Assembly: GCA_029210695.1 (NCBI GenBank)
Contig: JARGFH010000004.1
Location: 62,001 to 118,466, forward strand
DNA from: Acidimicrobiia bacterium
GTDB taxonomy: Bacteria; Actinomycetota; Acidimicrobiia; Spongiisociales; JAHEDJ01
Length of the DNA: 56,466 nucleotides
Direction: 5' to 3'
Shown: positions 8,412-17,659 of the stretch, in pieces
How the letters are laid out: each line of letters begins with the position of its first letter
Numbering within the stretch: the stretch's first letter is position 1
Position numbers and translations under genes: made by a program
Notes under the pieces: generated by a model
The model's database searches: none
Seen by the model: the letters and a program-made list of their open reading frames with translations, nothing else
Told to the model about the DNA's origin: nothing

Positions 8412-10331
8412 TCATCCGGGGGAGGGGCCTGGCTCGTCCTCGGTCGAAGCGTCGTCGAGTCGGATGATCCAGAGCCCTGAGTTCATGTCACTCAAGTAGA
8501 TCAAGTCATCCTGCACGTCGACACCCCAGACCATCGGAAAGGCGGTGGCCCCATTGGGAGCGACCCAGTAGCCGACAGGATCGCGCGATCGTGGCGGAAC
8601 GAACGAGCCGACCTCAGTCGGCTGTGTCGGATCGGACAGGTCCACGATCCGGACTCCGTCCGAATACCACGAAGAGATTGCCACTGACCCACTCATGACG
8701 GTGTCGTGAATCGAGTAGATGCCATCGAGCCCGAGACCACCTGCCCCGTCGTCGCTGGATCGTTGAGTGGCGAATCCGGCTATCTCTACCGGGTTCCTCG
8801 GGTCGCTCACGTCGTAGATGTGTTGTGTGCCCCATCCTTTGGTGTGGGCGTCGTCTTCCGTCGGGTAGAAATCCTCCTCATTGACGATCAATAGTGCGCT
8901 GGTTTCGTCGTATACGCTCGAATGCCGGTTGCCTTCTCCGTCCGGGATGAATCCGATGGCACTGACGAACGTCGGCCTGGCCGGATCCTCGAGATCGAGC
9001 AGGATGGTGCCTGCGTCCCAGTGCGACACCCAGGCGGTCAGTCCACCGGAGCACAACCCGACGGAGTGGGCATGGATTTCTTCTTCGTCGTATCCCCCCA
9101 CGACAGGCCTGCCGTCGCGCCGGTTGTCCCAATCGGCCAACTCGACGGGGGCGGTCGGGTTGGTAGCATCGATGAACCTCGTGTCACCGAGTTCACGGTC
9201 TGTGTGGAGCAAGGACTGGCGTACGGTGGTCGCTACCAGCAGCACGCCGTCGTCACGTTGGACGACCGAAACCGAGTTGGCACCCTGCGTTCTGTCTCCG
9301 CTGCTCCAGGTGGAGAGCAGAGTCGGTTCGGCCACATCGTTGACGTCGTAGAAGGCCAGTCCGCGGAAGTTGTCCCGGGTCCTTCCGGGTTCGTCGTTGT
9401 TGCACAATCGCAGGGCCACAACGGCCAGGTCTCCGGAGAAGAAGGCCGTATTCACCGGGCCGACCCAGAGTGTTTCAGCGCTCGTGCCGGGGAACTCGTT
9501 TCCGTCGGCGAATGCACCGATTGACTCGGGACTCGCAGGGTCGGTCACGTTCACAACCCGGACTCCCGTTCCCGGGCAAAGGCCCGGGCGCCCCCACGTT
9601 CCTAGGTATGCAGTGTCCCCCTCGACCACGACATCGGCTGTGAAGCCGCCGCCGGGATCGAGACGACCGACCAATGACGTGTTGATCTCTTCATACTCCG
9701 GTATCCATCCCGCTCCGGACACACCGGCCAGCGTGGCAGCCGGTGCGTCTACGCCTTGCGCCTCGAGGAGATGGCCGTACGGGTTGACGGCAGTGCCGTC
9801 CGGCCGGTGGAGTTCGAAGTGGAGATGTGCCGGTGTTCCTTCGGCGTTGCCACTGTCGCCGACGAAATCGAGCAAGTCGCCCGCTTCGACAACGGCTCCG
9901 ACAACGATGCCGTCCACCGGCGCCGCACCGAGACCATCATCGGTTCCCGGGGTGTCGTTGTTGAGATGCAGGTAGTAGGAGAGCCATCCGTCTTCGTGTT
10001 GGATCACGATGTAGCGACCGGAGAGGTCGCCGATCGTGACCCGGACGATGGTTCCGTCTGCAGCCGCCACGACGGGCGTGAGCTTGTCGGCGAAGATGTC
10101 CGTTCCCTGATGGGTTCGGCCTCCGGACCGTGGCGCTCCGAACGTATCAACGTAGGAGTTCTCGCCGGCGACCGGGAAGAGGAGCGGGTAGGCCTCGAGG
10201 ACGTCGTCTTCCGGTGGTGGCGGTGTGAACTGCGCGCCACCGGTGCTGAGCATCGCGGCGATCATGACGACCGCCAGAAGTGCCTTGAGCCTATGCCCCC
10301 AGCTCACGACCTCGCTCTCGTACCCCTTCAC
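8412..10331 (-). CDS. Secreted M23 peptidase fused to an LVIVD-repeat beta-propeller
   Basis: Signal peptide; HQGTD and HLHFE M23 motifs; repeated VRVVNVTDP, IYDVSDP and VRIVDLSDP; ends YLSDMNSGLWII; AGGAGG RBS. Confidence 0.85.
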   Translation of the reverse strand: MKGYESEVVSWGHRLKALLAVVMIAAMLSTGGAQFTPPPPEDDVLEAYPLLFPVAGENSYVDTFGAPRSGGRTHQGTDIFADKLTPVVAAADGTIVRVTIGDLSGRYIVIQHEDGWLSYYLHLNNDTPGTDDGLGAAPVDGIVVGAVVEAGDLLDFVGDSGNAEGTPAHLHFELHRPDGTAVNPYGHLLEAQGVDAPAATLAGVSGAGWIPEYEEINTSLVGRLDPGGGFTADVVVEGDTAYLGTWGRPGLCPGTGVRVVNVTDPASPESIGAFADGNEFPGTSAETLWVGPVNTAFFSGDLAVVALRLCNNDEPGRTRDNFRGLAFYDVNDVAEPTLLSTWSSGDRTQGANSVSVVQRDDGVLLVATTVRQSLLHTDRELGDTRFIDATNPTAPVELADWDNRRDGRPVVGGYDEEEIHAHSVGLCSGGLTAWVSHWDAGTILLDLEDPARPTFVSAIGFIPDGEGNRHSSVYDETSALLIVNEEDFYPTEDDAHTKGWGTQHIYDVSDPRNPVEIAGFATQRSSDDGAGGLGLDGIYSIHDTVMSGSVAISSWYSDGVRIVDLSDPTQPTEVGSFVPPRSRDPVGYWVAPNGATAFPMVWGVDVQDDLIYLSDMNSGLWIIRLDDASTEDEPGPSPG

Positions 10332-10352
10332 CGTACTCCTCCTGAGGGTGTT

Positions 10353-10380
10353 TGGGGACCGGCCAAACGGCCGGTCCCCA
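10353..10380. terminator. Intergenic 12-bp-stem hairpin (terminator or mRNA stabiliser)
   Basis: TGGGGACCGGCC-AAAC-GGCCGGTCCCCA; no U-tract on the coding (minus) strand. Confidence 0.5.
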
Positions 10381-10392
10381 TTTCTCGGCTAG

Positions 10393-13300
10393 TTACGGTG
10401 TTGTCGTCGTTGTTGGCACCGGCCAGAAGATGATCCGGCGGAACCAGATGTCGTTCTCGGACGACTCCTCAGGCTTCCACGGGTAGTAGCGGGTGTACTC
10501 TTCGTCCGGGTCCTCTTCCGCCGAGATCATCGAGTGCCAGATGACGTACGCTTTCGAGCCGTCGGACGTTGCCCGGAGCTGGCATTCGCCCTGCTCCTCG
10601 GGCTCGCCCTTGGCGATATAGTCGTAGCGCCACACCGTCTCTCCGAAGCCGGCGTTGCTGTTCTCACCGCCGATCACCCACGGGATCTTGACGTACGAGT
10701 CGCCGTAGTTCTCGGAGCGGGTGTAGAAGATATCCAGAGGCCCGGACTCCGCCTTCTCTCCCGTTGAGCCGGTGGACTTGGCGTTGTCCACAGTACCCCA
10801 GGCGACAAAGAACATGTTGTCCACGTACTCGTCCTCAACGAATCTCAGGGGCGGCAACGTGGCAAGTCTACCGTCGAGCGGGTACACCGGCGGGGTGGTG
10901 CCCAGCCGTGGGTCGCCCGAGGACTCCTTGTTGCTCTTGATCTCCGAGATGTTCCGCGCCGGCTCGAAGGCGCCGGCTGCGATGAACTGGGCGGGTAGAC
11001 CCTCGGGAGTAGCCCCCATCGGGTCCAGGTAGTTCGTCATCGCCACCCCGGTTGGCACCGGCGGTAGTTCGCCGTCGGGTACCGTTGCCGGATCGTAGGT
11101 GCCGCAGATGCCTGACGGGGCATCCAACAAGACCTGGGGTGGCAGATTCCCCGAACCGTCCGGATCTGGGTTGTTCGGATCCGACCTGAACTCGGGACAG
11201 ACGTAGACACCATCCCCTGCCGGGTCGGTGGTCCAGGTCTGGCCACCGTCGAAGGACCTCCTCACGTAGAAGTTGTAGCGGTCGTTGCCGTTGCGCCCGG
11301 CCGCCCAGTTCGGCGACAGGGAGTAGGCGACGACGAAGAAGTCACCACGGATGAAGCCGCGGTGACTCCGCACATTGGAGTACATCGCCGGGCAGACCTC
11401 GGGAACTCCGTCTTCTGTGTTGAGACCGAGGACATCACAAGGTGTCCCGTCCTCATGCACCAATCCGTACGACTCGTCGCCCAGATTGGACACGTTCTGA
11501 CTCCACAGCAGCACCTTGTTGGTGCCGTACCGGTCGTCGGTCGGGTCGTCGGGCGTGTCGTCATCCGGACCGGCGTCGACCGCCAGGTCGACGTTGGCGC
11601 TGGTCAGGTTGACGTGGTCCCGGCGCTGGTAGCCGTCATTGGGATCGGTGAACACGCCGCCGCACAACCGATCGCCGGAGGCCTCACCCCAGACGTTGCA
11701 GTTGTAGCCAACTGCGCTGTCTTTGTCGCCGGTGCCGTTGGGACAGGCCGGCAAGGCAAATGTCTCGTCCAGGTAGGTCGTGCACTGCATGTTCTCGAAC
11801 GCAAACGGGTTATCCACCTTCGGATTGAAACCACCAGGATTTGTGGAACTCTTCTGTTCTGGTACCACGAACCTGCGTATGAACGCGTCCGCCGGACGGC
11901 CCTGCCCCTCCTGACCTTGCTTGTAGATGATCGCCCCGGCCGTCCTGGTGGCATCAATCTTGCTGTACGACTGCACCAGGAAGCGCGCCCGGCGGGCGAT
12001 CTCATATCTGTACTGCAGGAAGAAGTCCTCGTCGGGTAGCCACTCGCCTCCTGTCACTTCTCCGGTAACCGGATCGGTGCTCTCATCGACCCAGTAGTCG
12101 AAGTAGAGCGGGACCGGTTGACCCGGCTCGCAGGAGCATGTTGGGTTCTCCTCGTTGGTTTCGATCACGTCCGGGGTCTTGGGGTCGTCACAGTAGGTCG
12201 GGTACAACCCGCCGCACAGCGCCGGCAAGTTGACGATGTGGCCCGGAGCCACCAGATCGGGCTGGGCGAAGTCAAAGCTGTGGTACATCATGTTCTTACC
12301 GATGTCCTGCTTGATCGGCTTCTCCTGGCCTTTGTCGTCGGATTGGTCGCCGATGATCTCGTCCACGGGGTTGTCGGTTTCGTCGTGCGCTTCATCTGCC
12401 AGCGAGTGGCCCAGACCCTTTGACTCCTCGTAGGCGAGCAACGCCCAGGCGCTCCTAGTGCCGTCGGACCTGGTGTACGGCTGCAGTTGCAGCATCGGCC
12501 GCGAGGCGAACACGTCGCCGTCGAGTAGGCGGCCATCGGAGGCCACGCAGACCAGCTTGTCGGCGCCGGCCACGTTGGTGAATCCGAACCAGCGCTCATG
12601 CTCCGATGTGCCGGGCATTGCGTCCATGAAGGAGTTGGTCCCCGACAGGTCGCACAGGTCCAGGGTTCCGCCTCGATCCATGTAGTACTGGTAGTCGGGC
12701 ACGCCGTCTCCGCCGGCTCGGTACAAGCCGGTAGCGTTGTCGACCTCATCGATGTCTCGGGCCATGTAGGCATAGCGCTTGGTCCCGTTCATGTTGCCGA
12801 AGAACCCCTTGAGGTCCTCACAATTGGGGTCGCCCTCATGGTTATCCGGATCGCAGCAGGTGGCCGGATCGGCCTCGGGGTGACCGCAGAACTCTGCCGC
12901 GATTTCCTCGGGATCGATCGGTACAAACGAACCGTCCACGACCTCGGGGAAGCAGACCGGATCGTTCAAATAGGTGCTATCCGGGAAAACCGGGCAGTCC
13001 GTGCTCGGCTCCACCTTCAGCGTGTGGGTGTTGACCATGTCGTTGTCGGTGATCCGCACCGGCAGGCTGAAGGGCACCAGGACCTTGGGTCGGCCGAGGC
13101 CGGGCTTGTCGAGATAACCCTCTTCGCCCGTAGGTTCGGCGTCGGTACCGCCGCCGGGCCCGCTGGATTCGAAGTTCTCATCAACGATGTTGAAGTCGTC
13201 GTAGGAGATGAAGCTGTACCAGATGTCGGTCTTGTGGTTGGAGATGGCACCGCTCCAGCCCTCGCCGGGGCCCTTGCCCTTGCCGGGCCGCAGACCGCTC

Positions 13301-15456
13301 GGATCTTCCTGCCAGGAGATTGCGAAGCCGGCCCCGCGGGCCGAGGCGATCATCGGCAGGTAGGCGTCGCGCCGACCTGAGGTCAGACGCTCCGGCTTGA
13401 ACCAGACGATGTCGCCGAGTCGCACTTCATCGGACTCATCAATGTCCGGCGTCTCCGGGTCGTCCAGCACGGTCATGGAGGCAAACGTGCCCGCATCCAG
13501 TTCCTTCTGGGTGGCGATCACCCCGCGGGCCGTCCAGAGGCAGGAGTAGGGGATCTCGCCGATGCCCAACTCGGCCACGTCGTCGACTTCGTCGTAGTCG
13601 ACCGATCCCTGCTGACCTCGCACACCCCAGATGTCGGTGACGTAGTAGTCGTCGTCACCGGGGTAGTCGGGCTCGCATACTTCGGTGCCCTGCTCGGCGT
13701 TACCGCGGCAGTAGACCGCGCATTCGTTGACGTCTGGCGTATCTGGATTATCCGCCTCGACCTCTTCGGTCGCCGGGTCGTCGCAGGTGGTGATGGCATA
13801 GCGCGGGTTGCCGCTCTGGCAGAACTTGCTCTCCCACGCCACCAGGATCTTGTTGTCGTTGACCTTAATGTAGGGCGAGCCGGCCGTGCCGGGGAACGGC
13901 TCCTCCGTTTCCAGATCGAACGAAGACATGTCGGCCATGCGCGAGATGTTCATGCGCTTCCAGGTGGTGCCGTCGTCCCGGCTGATCGCCGTGTAGACGT
14001 CCCACGAGAAGCGGTCGGGCCAGAAGTCCTCTTTGACCTGGTCGTCGTAGATGTCGACCTTGCCCAGGTAGTTCACCAGGATCGGCTTGGCTACCTCGCG
14101 GCACTCGATGAGTGTGACCACGCACGCCTCTCCATCAACCCGGGGATCGCATTCCTCGCCGTCCGGGTCGCCGTTGAGGCGCCACTCCTCGTACGGTACG
14201 CCGAGCGTGTCGACTCCCTCGTCGTAGATCTTGTCGCCGTCTTCGTCGTAGCACAGCGAGGGATTGTCGTTGGAGCGTACGCCGGGGAAGTAGACCGGCA
14301 TCACTTCCAGCTTCTGCTTCGTCTCGCCCCAGTCTTCAGTCTTCGAGACGTTCTTGCGGAAGATGCCGCTGGCGTTGAGACCGGCTTCCAGGTTGCCCTG
14401 CGCCTCTGTCGCCGAAACCATCTCGAGGACGATGTCTTCGGGGTTCCCCTCGCACACCGCCATGGTCCCGAGAATGAGAGCTTCTATCTGCCCGTCAAGG
14501 CTGAAGTCAACCTCCGCTATTCCCTCATTGGCCTTGGCGGTATCCAGACATGCGGCCACGACGGGTCGAATGTTGATCTTGCCGTCCGAGTGATCGTTGT
14601 CCAAGCTCTGCAACAACCGGGCCATGTTGACCACACGCGGATCGTTGATGTCTGCCCCGCTGAAGAGGTCGAGCGGCGAGATCTTCTGGTCGGCCAATGC
14701 ACTTCCGAGATAGACCGAGCCGACCCATAGCTCGACCATCTCACCGGGGAAGTAGTCGAATCCACCTGAATCTTCGGTGGTACCCCAGTTCGTCGGGGTC
14801 GCGTAGGTCAAACCACCGACGGGTGAATCGATGAAGTGGCCTTTGCGGGGGTGAGCGAACTTCGTTGTGAAGACCGATCCGTTCTCGTAGACCGACGCCT
14901 CGTCGAATTCCATGACGCCGCTGGACTCTGCCACCGCTTCGTTGATCGGCATGGCGTAGAACCCGAGTTCATCGGCGACGACGGTCTCTCCAAGGTCATT
15001 GACCGTGAGGGTGACCAGGTCGCCGTGTATCGAGATGTAGCGGGTCTGGTCGCCACCCCACGAGTGATCGAACTCTTCTCGGAGGAAGCAGGACACCATC
15101 CCCGAGTCCTTCTTGTCCGCGAAGTCACGTTTGCACGGGAACTTCCCGGGGACGAGTGAGTCCTTCTTCAGCGGAGGCGGGTCTTCGCCGGCGTACACCT
15201 GCATGTCGCCGAACAGCCAGCCGTCCAACTCGGTCGCCTCGTCAAGCTCAAATTCGACGATGAAACTGTTCCTTGTATTCCAATACTCGGCGAAGCCGAT
15301 CATCGTGACGCCGTCCTCGGCCATCAGCAGCGCCGGTTGTCTGACCACTTGGACTCCAAAAGGGGCGTCGCTTTGAGCAGGCGCGCCCATTGGAATCATC
15401 ATTACGAGCGCCAGGAGGGACATCAGCACCCTCCCGCGCATGGATGAATACTTCAT
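10393..15456 (-). CDS. Giant secreted acidic, Cys-rich protein with Asp-box/BNR motifs (resembles choice-of-anchor O proteins)
   Basis: 1687-aa ORF with signal peptide and GGAGG RBS; Asp-boxes SRDDGTTW, SFDGGQTW and SENYGDSY; KPERLTSGRRDA and WQEDP motifs. Family name is from memory only. Confidence 0.7.
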   Translation of the reverse strand: MKYSSMRGRVLMSLLALVMMIPMGAPAQSDAPFGVQVVRQPALLMAEDGVTMIGFAEYWNTRNSFIVEFELDEATELDGWLFGDMQVYAGEDPPPLKKDSLVPGKFPCKRDFADKKDSGMVSCFLREEFDHSWGGDQTRYISIHGDLVTLTVNDLGETVVADELGFYAMPINEAVAESSGVMEFDEASVYENGSVFTTKFAHPRKGHFIDSPVGGLTYATPTNWGTTEDSGGFDYFPGEMVELWVGSVYLGSALADQKISPLDLFSGADINDPRVVNMARLLQSLDNDHSDGKINIRPVVAACLDTAKANEGIAEVDFSLDGQIEALILGTMAVCEGNPEDIVLEMVSATEAQGNLEAGLNASGIFRKNVSKTEDWGETKQKLEVMPVYFPGVRSNDNPSLCYDEDGDKIYDEGVDTLGVPYEEWRLNGDPDGEECDPRVDGEACVVTLIECREVAKPILVNYLGKVDIYDDQVKEDFWPDRFSWDVYTAISRDDGTTWKRMNISRMADMSSFDLETEEPFPGTAGSPYIKVNDNKILVAWESKFCQSGNPRYAITTCDDPATEEVEADNPDTPDVNECAVYCRGNAEQGTEVCEPDYPGDDDYYVTDIWGVRGQQGSVDYDEVDDVAELGIGEIPYSCLWTARGVIATQKELDAGTFASMTVLDDPETPDIDESDEVRLGDIVWFKPERLTSGRRDAYLPMIASARGAGFAISWQEDPSGLRPGKGKGPGEGWSGAISNHKTDIWYSFISYDDFNIVDENFESSGPGGGTDAEPTGEEGYLDKPGLGRPKVLVPFSLPVRITDNDMVNTHTLKVEPSTDCPVFPDSTYLNDPVCFPEVVDGSFVPIDPEEIAAEFCGHPEADPATCCDPDNHEGDPNCEDLKGFFGNMNGTKRYAYMARDIDEVDNATGLYRAGGDGVPDYQYYMDRGGTLDLCDLSGTNSFMDAMPGTSEHERWFGFTNVAGADKLVCVASDGRLLDGDVFASRPMLQLQPYTRSDGTRSAWALLAYEESKGLGHSLADEAHDETDNPVDEIIGDQSDDKGQEKPIKQDIGKNMMYHSFDFAQPDLVAPGHIVNLPALCGGLYPTYCDDPKTPDVIETNEENPTCSCEPGQPVPLYFDYWVDESTDPVTGEVTGGEWLPDEDFFLQYRYEIARRARFLVQSYSKIDATRTAGAIIYKQGQEGQGRPADAFIRRFVVPEQKSSTNPGGFNPKVDNPFAFENMQCTTYLDETFALPACPNGTGDKDSAVGYNCNVWGEASGDRLCGGVFTDPNDGYQRRDHVNLTSANVDLAVDAGPDDDTPDDPTDDRYGTNKVLLWSQNVSNLGDESYGLVHEDGTPCDVLGLNTEDGVPEVCPAMYSNVRSHRGFIRGDFFVVAYSLSPNWAAGRNGNDRYNFYVRRSFDGGQTWTTDPAGDGVYVCPEFRSDPNNPDPDGSGNLPPQVLLDAPSGICGTYDPATVPDGELPPVPTGVAMTNYLDPMGATPEGLPAQFIAAGAFEPARNISEIKSNKESSGDPRLGTTPPVYPLDGRLATLPPLRFVEDEYVDNMFFVAWGTVDNAKSTGSTGEKAESGPLDIFYTRSENYGDSYVKIPWVIGGENSNAGFGETVWRYDYIAKGEPEEQGECQLRATSDGSKAYVIWHSMISAEEDPDEEYTRYYPWKPEESSENDIWFRRIIFWPVPTTTTTP

Positions 15457-15572
15457 GATTTCCCTCCGGGGTTTCTATCGCAGCCGATTGCTGCTGAACA
15501 AGTGCCCGAATCCGGTTCCATCCGGAACCCCCTCCTGTTGCCTCCTGCCCCGGCAGGCCCTCCCGGTCGGCT

Positions 15573-15720
15573 CGGGGCGTACGTCCAACGTATGGACCCG
15601 ATGGGTCGCGCGGAATCGGGAATGTTCCCTATAAGGGTCATTCGACCCTGAAATGGCCCAATCGCTCTTGATAAGTTGAGTCCCGTAAAGCCGTATCGAT
15701 TCAGAAGAAACGCTGATACG
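15573..15720. promoter_or_regulatory. Duplicated regulatory block, copy A (divergent promoter region)
   Basis: Core 15606-15650 is 40/45 identical to 17476-17520; flanks stay in register at offset 1870; contains GGGAATGTTCCC and AGGGTC-ATTC-GACCCT dyads. Confidence 0.7.
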
Positions 15721-15784
15721 CAGCTCGAAGCACTGCTGATATGACATCTCTGTCTGGAGCATGCTCATACCCCGGGGGCGTCAG

Positions 15785-17352
15785 ATGAGAAAGCCCGCAG
15801 AAACTTCGGAGGGCCGCCACCGGCGATTCGGGAGAACCGCTCTCGTATTCGCTGCCGCGGTCCTACTTGCCCTGGCCCTGGTCGTTTCATCCTGCGCGAA
15901 CAACGGGACCGGGACGGCGACCACTGCAATTCCGACCACGACCGCCATCGACTGTGTTGCAGCCGGCACTTGCTCAGATGGATCGGACGACACGCAGGCC
16001 ACTAGTGGTCCGTCGCGGATTTGGTGACTTGGTCTCCTGCCGGACGATCCCCGCTGTGGCAGGGTTCGTGGCACTGCCTACCCCGGTCATCAAATAGCAG
16101 ACAGACCACTAGTACAACGGCACCCGCCGAGGCCGAAGGCACCTACAACGGGCTGCCGGTCGGGTTCACCGACGATGGCTACCCCTACCTGGGTGATCCC
16201 GACGCCCCTGTGTCATTGGTCGAGTTCTCGGACTACCTATGCCCTTTCTGCGGTCGCCACGCCACCCAAACCAATCCCCAGCTGATAGAGCAATACGCCG
16301 CCTCGGGACAGGTCAGATTCGTGTTTTGGGACTACCCCTTAGCCGAACTTCACCCCACCGCTCCTTCCGGACACGCCGCCGCGTTGTGCATCGCCGAGCA
16401 AGGCGCCGCCCTCTTCTGGGCTATGCACGACCAGCTATTCGCCGGCCAGAGCGAATGGACCTCCCTCTTCGACAACAGTGATTACCTGGCCGGAGTAGCC
16501 GAAGAGATCGGGGCCGATCTGGACGCCTACCAGGCATGTCTCGATTCAGGCAGGACCGTCTCGGTTGTCGATCAACGGGTCGCGCAGGCTCGCCAGCTGG
16601 GGTTCTCCGGGACTCCCGGCTTCCAGATCGTTGACAATCGCACCGATGAGATCGTCGAAGTGGTGGGTGCTCAACCGGTCGAGACGTTCGTCGCCGCCAT
16701 CGACGCGGTGATTTCCGGGGAAACGCCGGTCGCCACCGATCCGCCCGAGGACAAGCCCGATCTTCCACTCTGGGCAAGCGAGGACGGTCTGGCCCCCGAT
16801 CCCGAACGTCCCGGCTACACCCTGGCCGGGGACGCCTACCGGGGCAACCCGGAAGCGGACCTGGTCGTCATCGAGATTTCCGACTTCCAGTGCCCCTTCT
16901 GCCAGCGCCACACTCTGGAGACCCAACCTGATCTCAACGAGCAATACATCGACACCGGACAGGTGATGTGGGTGTTCAAACACATGCCTTTGCCGTTCCA
17001 TCCACAAGCTCTGGCGGCGGCCACCGCCGCCGAGTGCGCCGGTGACCAGCAGGCCTTCTGGGGAATGCATGACCTGCTCTTCGAACGGGTGGATGACTGG
17101 GCGGTCGAGCCGCCCGATACGGTGTTGGTTGAGCTCGCCGGCGAACTGGGACTCGATGAAGGGGTTTTCGCCTCGTGTGTGGGAAGCCGGACGGCCCTAG
17201 AGCGGGTAGTGGACGATCTCTACGACACCTCTGAGGTCTTCGGTTCCACCCCTACTTTCGTGGTTCTGTTCGACGGCTGGGCCTCAGTTATCGACGGCGC
17301 TCAACCATTCGAGGAGTTCGTGGCCGCCTTCGAGGAGATACCGGGGGAGTAG
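15785..17352 (+). pseudogene. Tandem DsbA/thioredoxin-domain lipoprotein gene interrupted by a MITE
   Basis: The lipobox (LVVSSC) ORF and the two-CPFC DsbA ORF are in different frames. Removing 107 bp between the CTAG copies gives one 486-aa frame (...DDTQATSTTAPAEAEG...). Confidence 0.85.
16002..16112. mobile_element. IS630-family MITE (103 bp plus CTAG on both sides)
   Basis: CTAG at 16002-16005 and 16109-16112; 23-bp imperfect terminal inverted repeats (17/23); left end nearly matches the IS630 end at 56007. Confidence 0.88.
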
Positions 17353-17442
17353 CCCTTTCTTCGACGTCGGTTGTGCCTACACGCGACCTATGGCGCTGGA
17401 TTGAGCACAAGGGTCGAACCCGGCCGCGACGTGCTCCATGAC

Positions 17443-17590
17443 CGGAGCGTACGCCCAACGCATGGAGGGCGGACCTCGCGCGGAATCGGGAATGCTCCCT
17501 ATATGGGCCTTTCGACTCTGGGATGCTCCACCGGCGTTGGATAAGCTGCAGTCGGGTTATTCCGGGCCAATTAGAAGCTCTACTGATAAG
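17443..17590. promoter_or_regulatory. Duplicated regulatory block, copy B (upstream of the kinase/regulator pair)
   Basis: Paralogous to 15573-15720. Confidence 0.7.
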
Positions 17591-17659
17591 GGGCCACAAG
17601 GCTGCCTTATGAGCCGACCGCCCGATGATCCGGCAACCGAGATATCCGGGGGGCGTGAG

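Noticed and set aside
10393..15456. Multiheme cytochrome or sialidase
   Set aside because: No CxxCH motifs. Asp-boxes alone do not establish sialidase activity.
16025..16027. TGA between the lipoprotein ORF and the DsbA ORF as selenocysteine, readthrough or programmed frameshift
   Set aside because: Readthrough stays out of frame with DsbA. The TGA lies inside the MITE, which fully explains the break.
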